The notes beneath the pieces were generated by a model, which ran no database searches, was not told the origin of the DNA, and saw only the letters and a list, made by a program, of their open reading frames with translations. A stretch of DNA of 33,690 nucleotides from a virus (taxonomy: Duplodnaviria; Caudoviricetes): IMG/VR virus record IMGVR_UViG_3300030103_001366, positions 1 through 33,690 of that record. One strand, 5' to 3'. Of this stretch, positions 19,311-27,221 are shown one piece after another; position 1 is the stretch's first letter; the number at the start of each line of letters is the position of its first letter. A program made the position numbers and the translations under genes.

Positions 19311-19621
19311 AAAATTTAATAATAGCATTACTATTTACTACATTTAGTTTTGGGCAAGACCTTACAATAGTACATTTTAATTATAAATGGAACGATAAAA
19401 ACGCCTATAAAAATTTAGAAAGATTAAGTAATGTAAAAGTGCAATACGCTTTTGTAGAAGATCAATCTGACAATATTAAAAGGGCTATAAAATCCGTGCC
19501 TGTCATTCAGGTATATAGAAACGGTAAACCAATACTAAGATATGAAGCAGGTCTTAGAATGCGTATAGAAAAAACCTTAGAAGAAATACAGGACGATATA
19601 AACAAGTTAATTGTAGAATAA
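19307..19621 (+). CDS. Secreted Cys-free thioredoxin-like protein
   Basis: Signal peptide MKNLIIALLFTTFSFG-Q; IVHFNYKWN in place of VDFxAxWC; IKSVPVIQVYRNGK cis-Pro loop pattern. Confidence 0.55.
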   Translation: MKNLIIALLFTTFSFGQDLTIVHFNYKWNDKNAYKNLERLSNVKVQYAFVEDQSDNIKRAIKSVPVIQVYRNGKPILRYEAGLRMRIEKTLEEIQDDINKLIVE

Positions 19622-19647
19622 ATAAAAAAACTATACCTTTAAGTATT

Positions 19648-19797
19648 ATGAAAGAAATTTTAAATAGAATATTACAAGAGGCAAAGAATGCTTTTTGGAC
19701 ACAAGTACCATATCTTATATGGAGTTTTGCTTGGTTAATGTGTACCCTATTTTGGGCTACTATGTTTTTGAAGTGGTTTATGAATAAATATTATTAA
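19648..19797 (+). CDS. 49-aa Trp-rich membrane peptide (absent from ORF track)
   Basis: MKEILNRILQEAKNAFWTQVPYLIWSFAWLMCTLFWATMFLKWFMNKYY*; ends 1 nt before the endolysin ATG. Confidence 0.65.
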   Translation: MKEILNRILQEAKNAFWTQVPYLIWSFAWLMCTLFWATMFLKWFMNKYY

Positions 19798-19798
19798 A

Positions 19799-20365
19799 AT
19801 GAATTTATCTAAGAACTTAACATTATCAGAGGCAATACGATCAGAAACTGCAAAGCGTAACCACATTGATAACTCACCAGATGAAGAGCAGTTAGAACAA
19901 CTTAAAATTACTGCAGAGAAAATATTTCAACCAATAAGAGACCACTTTGGCAGACCAATATATATTAGCAGTATGTTTAGATGTGAAGCTCTTAACCAAA
20001 GAGTAAAAGGTGCAGAGTTTTCTGCTCATAAACATATAAACAACTTAGGTGCGGTTGATATAGATATGGACGGTACAGAAATAACTAACAAACAAGTATT
20101 TGATTTTATTAAAGACAATTTAGACTTTGATGTACTTATATGGGAATATGGTACAAAAGAATCACCTGCTTGGGTACACTGTAGTTATCATTCAGGTAGA
20201 AAAAACAGAAAGTATGTTTTACAGATTTTTCGTGATGAAAACGGTATATCACAAACAATAGAATACAAAGATGTCAAACCAAGAGAAGAAAAAAAGGAAA
20301 CCGCTCAGAGAGACAAAGGTAGGTCAGCTACTAGCAAAGTCAGGTCTAATAAACAATCTACTTGA
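19799..20365 (+). CDS. Endolysin, peptidase M15A Zn-peptidase
   Basis: LSKNLTLSE, ISSMFRC..LN, SAH...AVDI, WVHCSY zinc-ligand pattern. Confidence 0.88.
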   Translation: MNLSKNLTLSEAIRSETAKRNHIDNSPDEEQLEQLKITAEKIFQPIRDHFGRPIYISSMFRCEALNQRVKGAEFSAHKHINNLGAVDIDMDGTEITNKQVFDFIKDNLDFDVLIWEYGTKESPAWVHCSYHSGRKNRKYVLQIFRDENGISQTIEYKDVKPREEKKETAQRDKGRSATSKVRSNKQST

Positions 20366-20693
20366 TGTAGTACCTGATAAAGGCGTTTTAGGGCTTGTAA
20401 AAAACATTATACAAAAAGACAATACCTTACCGCCAGTGGACAAAGATCAGGCTTTAAAACTGCTTGAAATGGATATAGCTGAAATGGAAGCTGTAACAAG
20501 AAGATGGGAGGCAGATAGTAGAGGTAGTTTTTTAAGTCAGAACGTAAGACCTATGGCACTTATATTTATGCTAATAGTGTATGCCGCAGGTTTCTTCTTA
20601 GAATATGAATTAGATCTTGTTACACAATTACTAATGTTAATGGTCGGAGCTTACTTCGGTGGGCGTTCTTTTGAAAAAACAAGAACCAAGTAA
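20271..20693 (+). CDS. Holin (GTA 3TM-holin-like)
   Basis: RWEAD...LSQNVRP motif, two C-terminal TM segments, GAYFGGRSFEK; adjacent to endolysin. Confidence 0.75.
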   Translation: MSNQEKKKRKPLRETKVGQLLAKSGLINNLLDVVPDKGVLGLVKNIIQKDNTLPPVDKDQALKLLEMDIAEMEAVTRRWEADSRGSFLSQNVRPMALIFMLIVYAAGFFLEYELDLVTQLLMLMVGAYFGGRSFEKTRTK

Positions 20694-20758
20694 TACTATA
20701 TAATACATACTATATAATATTATTTATTATATTTAATATTATATACTATATAGTATAT
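20691..20758. repeat. AT-rich repeat/palindrome tract, candidate origin or regulatory site
   Basis: ATACTATATAATA at 20693 and 20707; perfect 18-bp palindrome ATATACTATATAGTATAT 20741-20758. Confidence 0.8.
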
Positions 20759-21149
20759 GAGTAAAAAAACAATAATCAGAAAGTTTGATAAGCTGTTTAG
20801 TAGGTGGGTAAGACTGTCCAACGCAGATGCCAAAGGATATTGTGAGTGCATTACTTGTGGTCGTAGTTACAAATGGAACGATATAGACGCAGGACACTTT
20901 GTATCACGTAGGCATTTAGTTCTAAGGTTTGATCCACGAAATGTATTTCCACAATGCAAATACTGTAATAGATTTTTAAACGGTCTTCAATATACAATGG
21001 GTAAGCGAATAGACGAGCTCTTAGGTATTGGTACTGCTGATAAACTTATACAAATATCCAAACAAACTCACAAAATAGATAAAGTAGATTTAGAAATAAA
21101 ATATGATGAGTATTTGGAATTATCAAAAAAACTTAATAAGTTTGATTAA
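20757..21149 (+). CDS. NinG/Rap-like recombination endonuclease
   Basis: FSRWVRL, CITCG, DAGHFVSR, RFDPRNVFPQCKYCN. Confidence 0.85.
   Translation: MSKKTIIRKFDKLFSRWVRLSNADAKGYCECITCGRSYKWNDIDAGHFVSRRHLVLRFDPRNVFPQCKYCNRFLNGLQYTMGKRIDELLGIGTADKLIQISKQTHKIDKVDLEIKYDEYLELSKKLNKFD
21113..21144 (+). promoter_or_regulatory. Bacteroidota primary-sigma-type promoter (-33 TTTG / -7 TAnnTTTG)
   Basis: TTTG 21113-21116, 20-nt spacer, TAAGTTTG 21137-21144; upstream of ATG 21164. Confidence 0.65.
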
Positions 21150-21163
21150 CAATTAAAAAAATT

Positions 21164-21418
21164 ATGAGTAATACTATAAGCGATTTTTTAGAAAATCAAA
21201 ACCAGGATAATATAAATCCTATTGCACATATTCAAGCAAATGGTTTCTTAAAGGACCAAATAAAACATCTTATAAAAAAAATAGATACACTTGAAGATGA
21301 ACTAGATGAAAAAACTCTAGAGATAAATAAACTTAGATCAGAACGTGATTCTGCTATTGACGAAAATCTTACACTAACACATCAAATAAAATATTTAGAA
21401 AATGGCACTAGCAAATAA
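21164..21418 (+). CDS. Hypothetical coiled-coil protein
   Basis: 84 aa with heptad pattern; A-rich leader. Confidence 0.7.
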   Translation: MSNTISDFLENQNQDNINPIAHIQANGFLKDQIKHLIKKIDTLEDELDEKTLEINKLRSERDSAIDENLTLTHQIKYLENGTSK

Positions 21419-21896
21419 ACAATCAAGACAATCTACTATAAAGTTTATAGAACAAGGTAAAGAGTGGCAAGGTAAAAACGGTGGTCAAAAAATGCAAGAG
21501 TACAAACTTGAAATGGCTAACGGTGATATGCCAGTATTTAATATTCCAAGTAATACACAATTTCCATATCAAAGTCGAGATACTATTGTATATTTACTTA
21601 CCGAAAGAGAAATCAACGGTAAAATAAATCAGTACGCAAGTGTTGATAAAATAGCAACAGAAAATTTAAAGAGACCTATGGAAAATCAATTACCAACAAA
21701 AGAGGAATCTATTGCATTAGCAGTAGCATTAAAAGAAGCAAGTAACTTAGTAACATCTGATATATGGCAAAAGTGTAATAGTCTTAAAAAAGAAGAAGAC
21801 ATTATTAATGCTAAAGATAAAATACTAAAGGAAACAGTTACAGTTGCAGGACTTATGTATAGAGTACTAATAGCTAAACCGCAAAACAATGAGTAA
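21402..21896 (+). CDS. Hypothetical protein, possibly ssDNA-binding/annealing (OB-like N-terminus)
   Basis: Beta-rich N-half (W.GKNG...YKLEMANGD) and helical C-half; upstream of helicase. Confidence 0.4.
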   Translation: MALANKQSRQSTIKFIEQGKEWQGKNGGQKMQEYKLEMANGDMPVFNIPSNTQFPYQSRDTIVYLLTEREINGKINQYASVDKIATENLKRPMENQLPTKEESIALAVALKEASNLVTSDIWQKCNSLKKEEDIINAKDKILKETVTVAGLMYRVLIAKPQNNE

Positions 21897-22200
21897 TTAT
21901 TCAGCACCTAAATATAATTTTGCAAGTGGTGTATATACAAAAACAGCACCACAAGATTTTGTTCACTCAAAAATGAGCATACAGTATGATTCATTTATTA
22001 AATGGACACAGACACCTGAGGTACAACAAAGTATCAAAGATAACGATGGGTATTTAAAAATAGACACACTTTATTCAAAAGATAAACAAAAACTATTTTC
22101 AAAACTAAACACACTACAAAAGAAAAAGGAAGTAACTTCTGCACAGCATAGTCCTGATCGCAACAACAACGGTGATAATGCAGAGGACCTACCATTCTAA
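21889..22200 (+). CDS. Small SSB-like protein with acidic EDLPF tail
   Basis: Compact N-domain, flexible linker, C-terminal EDLPF resembling the SSB C-terminus. Confidence 0.55.
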   Translation: MSNYSAPKYNFASGVYTKTAPQDFVHSKMSIQYDSFIKWTQTPEVQQSIKDNDGYLKIDTLYSKDKQKLFSKLNTLQKKKEVTSAQHSPDRNNNGDNAEDLPF

Positions 22201-23098
22201 TTTAGTAGGTGTAGATAAACAACTTGATAAACTCCACAAGATATATAATGGAGAAATCAAAGAAGGTTTACGACTTGTACCTGACCTAGATGAATACTGG
22301 AGATATAAAAAAAATAGTTTCAATATAATTCTAGGTCATAGTAGTACAGGTAAAACTACTACAATGCTTTACTTTTTTGTACTCTATGCAATTAAATATA
22401 ATTTAAAGTTTCTTATTTATTCTGCAGAAAATGATCCTGCTAACATATCTAAAAAACTTATAGAGTTTCTTACTGGTTTACCATTTCAAAAAATAGAAAA
22501 AAAAACTTGGGAAAAAAAACTTAAATGGGTAGATGAGCATTTTAAATATATTGATATAGATAAATTTTACTCAGCTACAAGTTTACTTGATGAGGCAGCA
22601 GTCATTAAAAAAACATTTGATTATGATAGTTTTCTAATTGATCCATATAATTCATTAAGCAAGGATAAAAACTTAATGAAAGAATACGGTAATCACGAGT
22701 ACGATTATTACTGCATAAGTCAGATGCGTATGTTTACAAGAAAGATGAAAGTGTCTATCTATTTAGTAACTCACGCTGTTACAGAATCATTAAGATTAAA
22801 ACACGCTAACGGACACCCATTTGAGAATCATATAAAGCCTCCAAGTCCTGGTTCAGCAGAAGGTGGTGGGAAGTTCCTAAATAAATGCGATAATTTTTTG
22901 ATTATCCACCGTTACGTTAGCCACCCAGAATTTTGGTTTTACACATACCTTGCTGTAATAAAAATAAAAGAGATAGATACAGGTGGAAGACCTACACCAA
23001 TAGATTCACCAATAGAACTTAGATCAATAGCAAATAATGTAGGCTTTAGTGTAGGTGGTAAAAACTTACTACATTTGGTAAAAAAAAGTGATTCTTGA
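22178..23098 (+). CDS. DnaB-like (SF4) replicative helicase without primase domain
   Basis: Walker A GHSSTGKTT, YSAEN, Walker B FLIDPYN, LVTH, NKCDNFLIIHR; ATG 22178 preferred over GTG 22172. Confidence 0.8.
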   Translation: MQRTYHSNLVGVDKQLDKLHKIYNGEIKEGLRLVPDLDEYWRYKKNSFNIILGHSSTGKTTTMLYFFVLYAIKYNLKFLIYSAENDPANISKKLIEFLTGLPFQKIEKKTWEKKLKWVDEHFKYIDIDKFYSATSLLDEAAVIKKTFDYDSFLIDPYNSLSKDKNLMKEYGNHEYDYYCISQMRMFTRKMKVSIYLVTHAVTESLRLKHANGHPFENHIKPPSPGSAEGGGKFLNKCDNFLIIHRYVSHPEFWFYTYLAVIKIKEIDTGGRPTPIDSPIELRSIANNVGFSVGGKNLLHLVKKSDS

Positions 23099-23603
23099 AA
23101 TAGCATACAGAAAACATAAGACTTGGCTAAGAATTTGCAAGAGCTTTGGTTGTAATGACGATACTTGTAAAGATCTTGTTTCTGAGATGTATATTAAAAT
23201 TGATGACCTTACTAAAAAAGGCAAAGATCTTTCTTATGGGGAAGATGATATTAATTACTGGTACTGCTATAAGATTTTACGCCACTTGTTTTTACACCTT
23301 AAAATAAAAGAAAAAAGAATATCATTTGTATCAGATGATTACTTACTTAATATTAAAGATGACGATTATATTGATCTAAATAAGTTTGGTGTTGAGTTTG
23401 ATAAAGAGCTTGAACAATTAAACGAGTATGACAAAGCAGTATTCAAAATAATTAGTGGTGGAAAAAAAATAAGTGAGCTATCAAGAGAAACTACAATAAG
23501 TTATGTATCTTTAAGAAACACTTGGCTAAAAACAAAAGAATATTTAGTAAAAAAGATAAAAAATTATGATTGGGTTAGGGGACATAGTAGAGAGGATAAT
23601 TAG
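23088..23603 (+). CDS. ECF-type sigma-70-like factor
   Basis: Region-2-like H..W..I...F......DLVSEMYIKI...YCYKILRHLFL; region-4-like L.EYDKAVF......ISELSRETTIS..SLRNT helix-turn-helix. Confidence 0.7.
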   Translation: MILEIAYRKHKTWLRICKSFGCNDDTCKDLVSEMYIKIDDLTKKGKDLSYGEDDINYWYCYKILRHLFLHLKIKEKRISFVSDDYLLNIKDDDYIDLNKFGVEFDKELEQLNEYDKAVFKIISGGKKISELSRETTISYVSLRNTWLKTKEYLVKKIKNYDWVRGHSREDN

Positions 23604-23730
23604 AATTATAACATTTGGTCAGGGTAAAAAAGTAGCAACTAGAGTAGCAAAGATGTTTGGATATAAAGACTGCGGTTGCGACAGCAGACAAGAAAAACTT
23701 AACAAATTTCAAATTAAGATAAAGAGATGA
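23566..23730 (+). CDS. 54-aa protein with GLGD...DCGC motif (absent from ORF track)
   Basis: MIGLGDIVERIIRIITFGQGKKVATRVAKMFGYKDCGCDSRQEKLNKFQIKIKR*; ATGA overlap with the next ORF. Confidence 0.75.
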   Translation: MIGLGDIVERIIRIITFGQGKKVATRVAKMFGYKDCGCDSRQEKLNKFQIKIKR

Positions 23731-23963
23731 AAATACAGTTATCAAAAAATGATTACGAAAAGTGGAAAAGATTTAAAGGTGTGAAAGGTAATCAAATAAC
23801 AAATACTGATCTAAGGTTAATAGAGCAGCTTCATTCTAAATATTTTAATCACCCCCTTGAAACTTTGTGTACCTGCAAAGGCGAAAAAATTGTAGGCAAA
23901 GTACAGGCTTGGGTAGATGATATAAATAAAATATATAAGAATGGATATAACGACAACACATAA
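23727..23963 (+). CDS. Hypothetical protein with H...H...CTC motif
   Basis: 78 aa, coupled to both neighbours. Confidence 0.7.
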   Translation: MKIQLSKNDYEKWKRFKGVKGNQITNTDLRLIEQLHSKYFNHPLETLCTCKGEKIVGKVQAWVDDINKIYKNGYNDNT

Positions 23964-24375
23964 GTTTGAACAATCTGTAGTTGGTATTTTAAATTTAGAT
24001 GGTTGGAACTTAGATTGGAGTGGTGGCAATTATGAACACTATGACGCAAAAGGCTTAACACCTAAACAACAAGAGTGTGTTATAGAGATGAAATTTAGAA
24101 ACAAGTATTATGAAAGCAAGATGCTTGAAAAATATAAATATGATAAACTTATGCAACTAAAAGATGTCCATAAGTTTTATTTAGTATTTGATCCTAAAGG
24201 TATGTATATGTTTTGGTTAAATGGACCAAAATTTAATTTACCAATATCAGAGGATTTATATTGTCCTGATACAACATTATGGACTAAGAAAAAAGAAAAC
24301 AAAAAAGTATATTTGCTAGAGGAAAGTCAGGCAAGTTTAATTAAACAAGAAAATGGATTTCACAGAATCATATAA
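23941..24375 (+). CDS. PD-(D/E)XK nuclease-family protein
   Basis: E...YDAKG...VIEMKFR catalytic-type pattern. Confidence 0.6.
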   Translation: MDITTTHKFEQSVVGILNLDGWNLDWSGGNYEHYDAKGLTPKQQECVIEMKFRNKYYESKMLEKYKYDKLMQLKDVHKFYLVFDPKGMYMFWLNGPKFNLPISEDLYCPDTTLWTKKKENKKVYLLEESQASLIKQENGFHRII

Positions 24376-24658
24376 AAAAATAGATGCTTTAAAAGATTTA
24401 GAGTGCGATAATAATATTTTAATAGTAGGTCAAACACTCAATAAGTGGGCAAGTATGAAAAGTACACCAGAGCTACAAAATATTATAACCGCATTTCTTG
24501 ATATACAATGGTATTTAATTGATCTAAAAAGACAGAGAGATTTAGCACTTAGGGGAATACTAGAGTACAAAAAAGATAAACTTGAAGCTCAAAGAGATAT
24601 GCAAGAGGCAGTAGATCAACTTAAGAAATATGAAAATAAACATCTACCCAGAGATTGA
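24353..24658 (+). CDS. Hypothetical protein
   Basis: 101 aa helical ORF overlapping neighbours. Confidence 0.7.
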   Translation: MDFTESYKKIDALKDLECDNNILIVGQTLNKWASMKSTPELQNIITAFLDIQWYLIDLKRQRDLALRGILEYKKDKLEAQRDMQEAVDQLKKYENKHLPRD

Positions 24659-24872
24659 TGGAGATAACTTTAGTGATGAGCACTTAACAAGATTATACAA
24701 TACACTTGAAATATTGTATGATGAGTTTACAACTGTGCCAGAACAAGATAGTAAAATTGTTGTTGATGATGGAGTAGAGGTTATAGAGTTTACTATGATA
24801 CAAAAAAAATACCAGGCAACAAATGATGGTCTTAATGTAATAATGCTTTATAAAAATTTTGATAGTATATGA
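24630..24872 (+). CDS. Hypothetical acidic protein
   Basis: 80 aa; ATGA overlap with the methyltransferase. Confidence 0.65.
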   Translation: MKINIYPEIDGDNFSDEHLTRLYNTLEILYDEFTTVPEQDSKIVVDDGVEVIEFTMIQKKYQATNDGLNVIMLYKNFDSI

Positions 24873-25516
24873 TAAATTTACACAACCAAGACTGTATGAT
24901 TGCTCTTAAAAATATGAAAGAGAATCAATATGATTTAGCAATAGTGGATCCACCTTACGGAATTGACTTTGCAAAAACTTATACAAACCGCACAAAAAAA
25001 GATAGACTTGGTCAACGTCACACAAGCAAAGACTGGGATAGTAATATACCAAGTGACGAGTTTTTTGATTTACTTTTTAAGGTAAGTAAAAATCAAATTA
25101 TATGGGGTGGTAATTATTTTCCAAGTATATGGCAAAGAGGAGGTAAGGGTATTATTTTTTGGTTTAAAGGTAATCCAGTAAGTAATTTTTCTGATGGTGA
25201 GTTAGCTTGGACATCTTTTGATAAGGTTGCTAGGCAATTTGATTATAGATATTATGGTAACTTACAAGGCAGTAAAATGGCAGCTTTAAAAATACATCCA
25301 ACACAAAAACCTGTAGAGTTATATGAGTGGTTGCTTATGAATTATGCAGAACCTGGTAATACCATATTAGATACACATCTAGGTTCAGGTAGTATAGCAA
25401 TAGCTTGTCATAACTTAGGTTTTAGTTTAGATGGATATGAGGTAGATGAAGACTATTTTTTAAAAGCAAAAAAACGTTTAGATCAACACACTGCACAAAT
25501 ACAACTTTGGACTTAA
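24869..25516 (+). CDS. Orphan DNA N6-adenine/N4-cytosine methyltransferase (beta class)
   Basis: Catalytic DPPY near the N-terminus, IIWGGNYF, HPTQKP, SAM-binding LDTHLGSGS. Confidence 0.92.
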   Translation: MINLHNQDCMIALKNMKENQYDLAIVDPPYGIDFAKTYTNRTKKDRLGQRHTSKDWDSNIPSDEFFDLLFKVSKNQIIWGGNYFPSIWQRGGKGIIFWFKGNPVSNFSDGELAWTSFDKVARQFDYRYYGNLQGSKMAALKIHPTQKPVELYEWLLMNYAEPGNTILDTHLGSGSIAIACHNLGFSLDGYEVDEDYFLKAKKRLDQHTAQIQLWT

Positions 25517-25527
25517 TAATATTAGAT

Positions 25528-26307
25528 ATGTTAGATAATCAAATCAAACTACTTGACGGCAAATTTTATGACAAAACAAAACTATTGTCTGATATGTTGG
25601 ACGATAATTTTTACTATGGCTTTATGCACAAATGGGCATTTAGCAGTAGCTCAATAAAACTCTTATTACAATCACCAAAGACATACCATAATGTAATGCA
25701 ATATGGATCACCTGAAACACAACCACTAAGAGACGGATTTTTAGTACACTTACTAATACTAACACCAGAATACTTTCATAAACAAATATTTGTAGATGTG
25801 CAAAGCAAGAACACAAAGAAGTACAAACTAGCACAAGAAGAACACGGAACTGTATATACAATGAAAGAGAAGAATGATGCTGAGAGATTGGCAGATGCTT
25901 TTTTTAGGAATGAACCTGCTATGCAACTTATAAAAGGTTGTAAGGTAGAATATCCTGGCGTAGGTCTGGTGCAAGACAAACCATTTCGTGGTAAAGCAGA
26001 TGTCCTGGCAGATAATTGTGTTATAGATCTTAAGACTACAAGCGATATAAGAAAGTTTGAAAAATCAGCTTATTGGTATTCCTATGACGTACAGGCTTAC
26101 ATATATACAGAAATATTTGGTGTAGATAACTTTCGGTTTATTGTTATAGATAAGTCAAGCTGTGATATTGGTATAAGTAATTATGTAAGTAAAGACTTTA
26201 TAAAATCAGGTAGAGATAAAGTAGCTTATGCACTTAAAGTATATCAAGATTATTTTGAAACTGAAATGACAGATTTAGACGCATATTATATTGACATAAA
26301 TTTATAA
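25528..26307 (+). CDS. Exonuclease VIII/RecE-like PD-(D/E)XK nuclease (DUF3799-like)
   Basis: SSSSIKLLLQSP, G.LVH..ILTP, RGKAD...IDLKTT, Y..QAYIY; ATG 25528 preferred over TTG 25507. Confidence 0.8.
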   Translation: MLDNQIKLLDGKFYDKTKLLSDMLDDNFYYGFMHKWAFSSSSIKLLLQSPKTYHNVMQYGSPETQPLRDGFLVHLLILTPEYFHKQIFVDVQSKNTKKYKLAQEEHGTVYTMKEKNDAERLADAFFRNEPAMQLIKGCKVEYPGVGLVQDKPFRGKADVLADNCVIDLKTTSDIRKFEKSAYWYSYDVQAYIYTEIFGVDNFRFIVIDKSSCDIGISNYVSKDFIKSGRDKVAYALKVYQDYFETEMTDLDAYYIDINL

Positions 26308-26331
26308 TATCAACTTTTTTTTATATCTTGC
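26301..26331 (+). promoter_or_regulatory. Possible host-type promoter (-7 variant TATCTTGC)
   Basis: TATCTTGC 26324-26331 upstream of ATG 26349; weak -33 element (TTTA). Confidence 0.4.
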
Positions 26332-26348
26332 AAGACTAACTTTTTTTT

Positions 26349-26786
26349 ATGACAGAAACATATAAAATGGCAAAAGAAATCAAGGAGGTTACAGGTTTAA
26401 ACTTTCTTGAGAAAAATAGAAAAACAGAATATGTAGAGGCAAGATCATTTTTTGTACACATATTAAAAAACTATTATAAGTACAGAAACAAAGACATAAT
26501 AAATATATTTAACGATTTAGGTTTTGCTATGGACAGTGCAACTTTATGTCACTCACTAAAAATGTTTGAAGTATATGAGAGAAATAATGTAAGAATGCAA
26601 GAGTGGTTTGACAACTTATTTGAAAAACCAAACTACAAAAGCCGTAAACACACGCAAGCATATATAAAAGCAAAGCTAAAATACTTGCCAGAAGATGTGC
26701 TAATTAAACTAGCAGCTATGGTAGACACAATACTAAGGGAAGAGATGTCTATGGAAGAATTAGAAAAAGTAACTTGGGAGTGGTAA
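26349..26786 (+). CDS. DnaA domain IV-like helix-turn-helix DNA-binding protein
   Basis: NRKTEYVEARSFFVHIL...DSATLCHSLK resembles DnaA C-terminal SR...V.ARQ.AMYL...DHTTV.HA. Confidence 0.6.
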   Translation: MTETYKMAKEIKEVTGLNFLEKNRKTEYVEARSFFVHILKNYYKYRNKDIINIFNDLGFAMDSATLCHSLKMFEVYERNNVRMQEWFDNLFEKPNYKSRKHTQAYIKAKLKYLPEDVLIKLAAMVDTILREEMSMEELEKVTWEW

Positions 26787-26837
26787 AAAATATTATATTT
26801 GTTATTATACTCTTGAATAATCAAGTTTTTTCAAGTT
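26785..26837 (+). promoter_or_regulatory. Putative late promoter plus inverted/direct repeat upstream of the terminase operon
   Basis: A6 26785-26790, TATTATAC 26803-26810, CTTGA-ATAA-TCAAG 26812-26825, TCAAGTT twice. Confidence 0.6.
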
Positions 26838-26967
26838 GGCAAGGAAGATAATAAGTACATATATATTTAAACCAAAGAAGAAAAGACCAGGTGTTCATAG
26901 CAAGAATGCTAGTAGATCACAAGTAGGATATAAAAAGAAATACAGAGGTCAAGGTAAAAAGAGATGA
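26836..26967 (+). CDS. 43-aa highly basic peptide (TTG start; absent from ORF track)
   Basis: MARKIISTYIFKPKKKRPGVHSKNASRSQVGYKKKYRGQGKKR*; ATGA overlap with terS. Confidence 0.65.
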   Translation: MARKIISTYIFKPKKKRPGVHSKNASRSQVGYKKKYRGQGKKR

Positions 26968-27221
26968 CACACGGAGGTAAAAGAAAAGGGGCAGGTAGAA
27001 AATCAAAAGCATTAGAGGTAAACTTAATAGAGAAGTTATCACCGCTTGAAGACGCAGCTTACCTTGCACTTAAAGATGGTGTTGAAAAAGGTGACTTTAA
27101 ATTTGTGCAATTATTCTATCACTACTTTGCAGGTAAACCAAAAGAAACACAAGATATCCATTTACAACAAGATAGCCCTATATTTGAAGTCAAAGTCTTA
27201 GACAATGACACAAAGAGTTGA
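26964..27221 (+). CDS. terS: Terminase small subunit (putative)
   Basis: HGGKRKGAGRK N-terminus, YFAGKPKET; directly upstream of and overlapping terL. Confidence 0.7.
   Translation: MTHGGKRKGAGRKSKALEVNLIEKLSPLEDAAYLALKDGVEKGDFKFVQLFYHYFAGKPKETQDIHLQQDSPIFEVKVLDNDTKS

Noticed and set aside
23941-25516. Type II restriction-modification pair (PD-(D/E)XK nuclease plus methyltransferase)
   Set aside because: The genes are separated by two unrelated ORFs, and both types are common as standalone phage genes; no evidence of shared specificity
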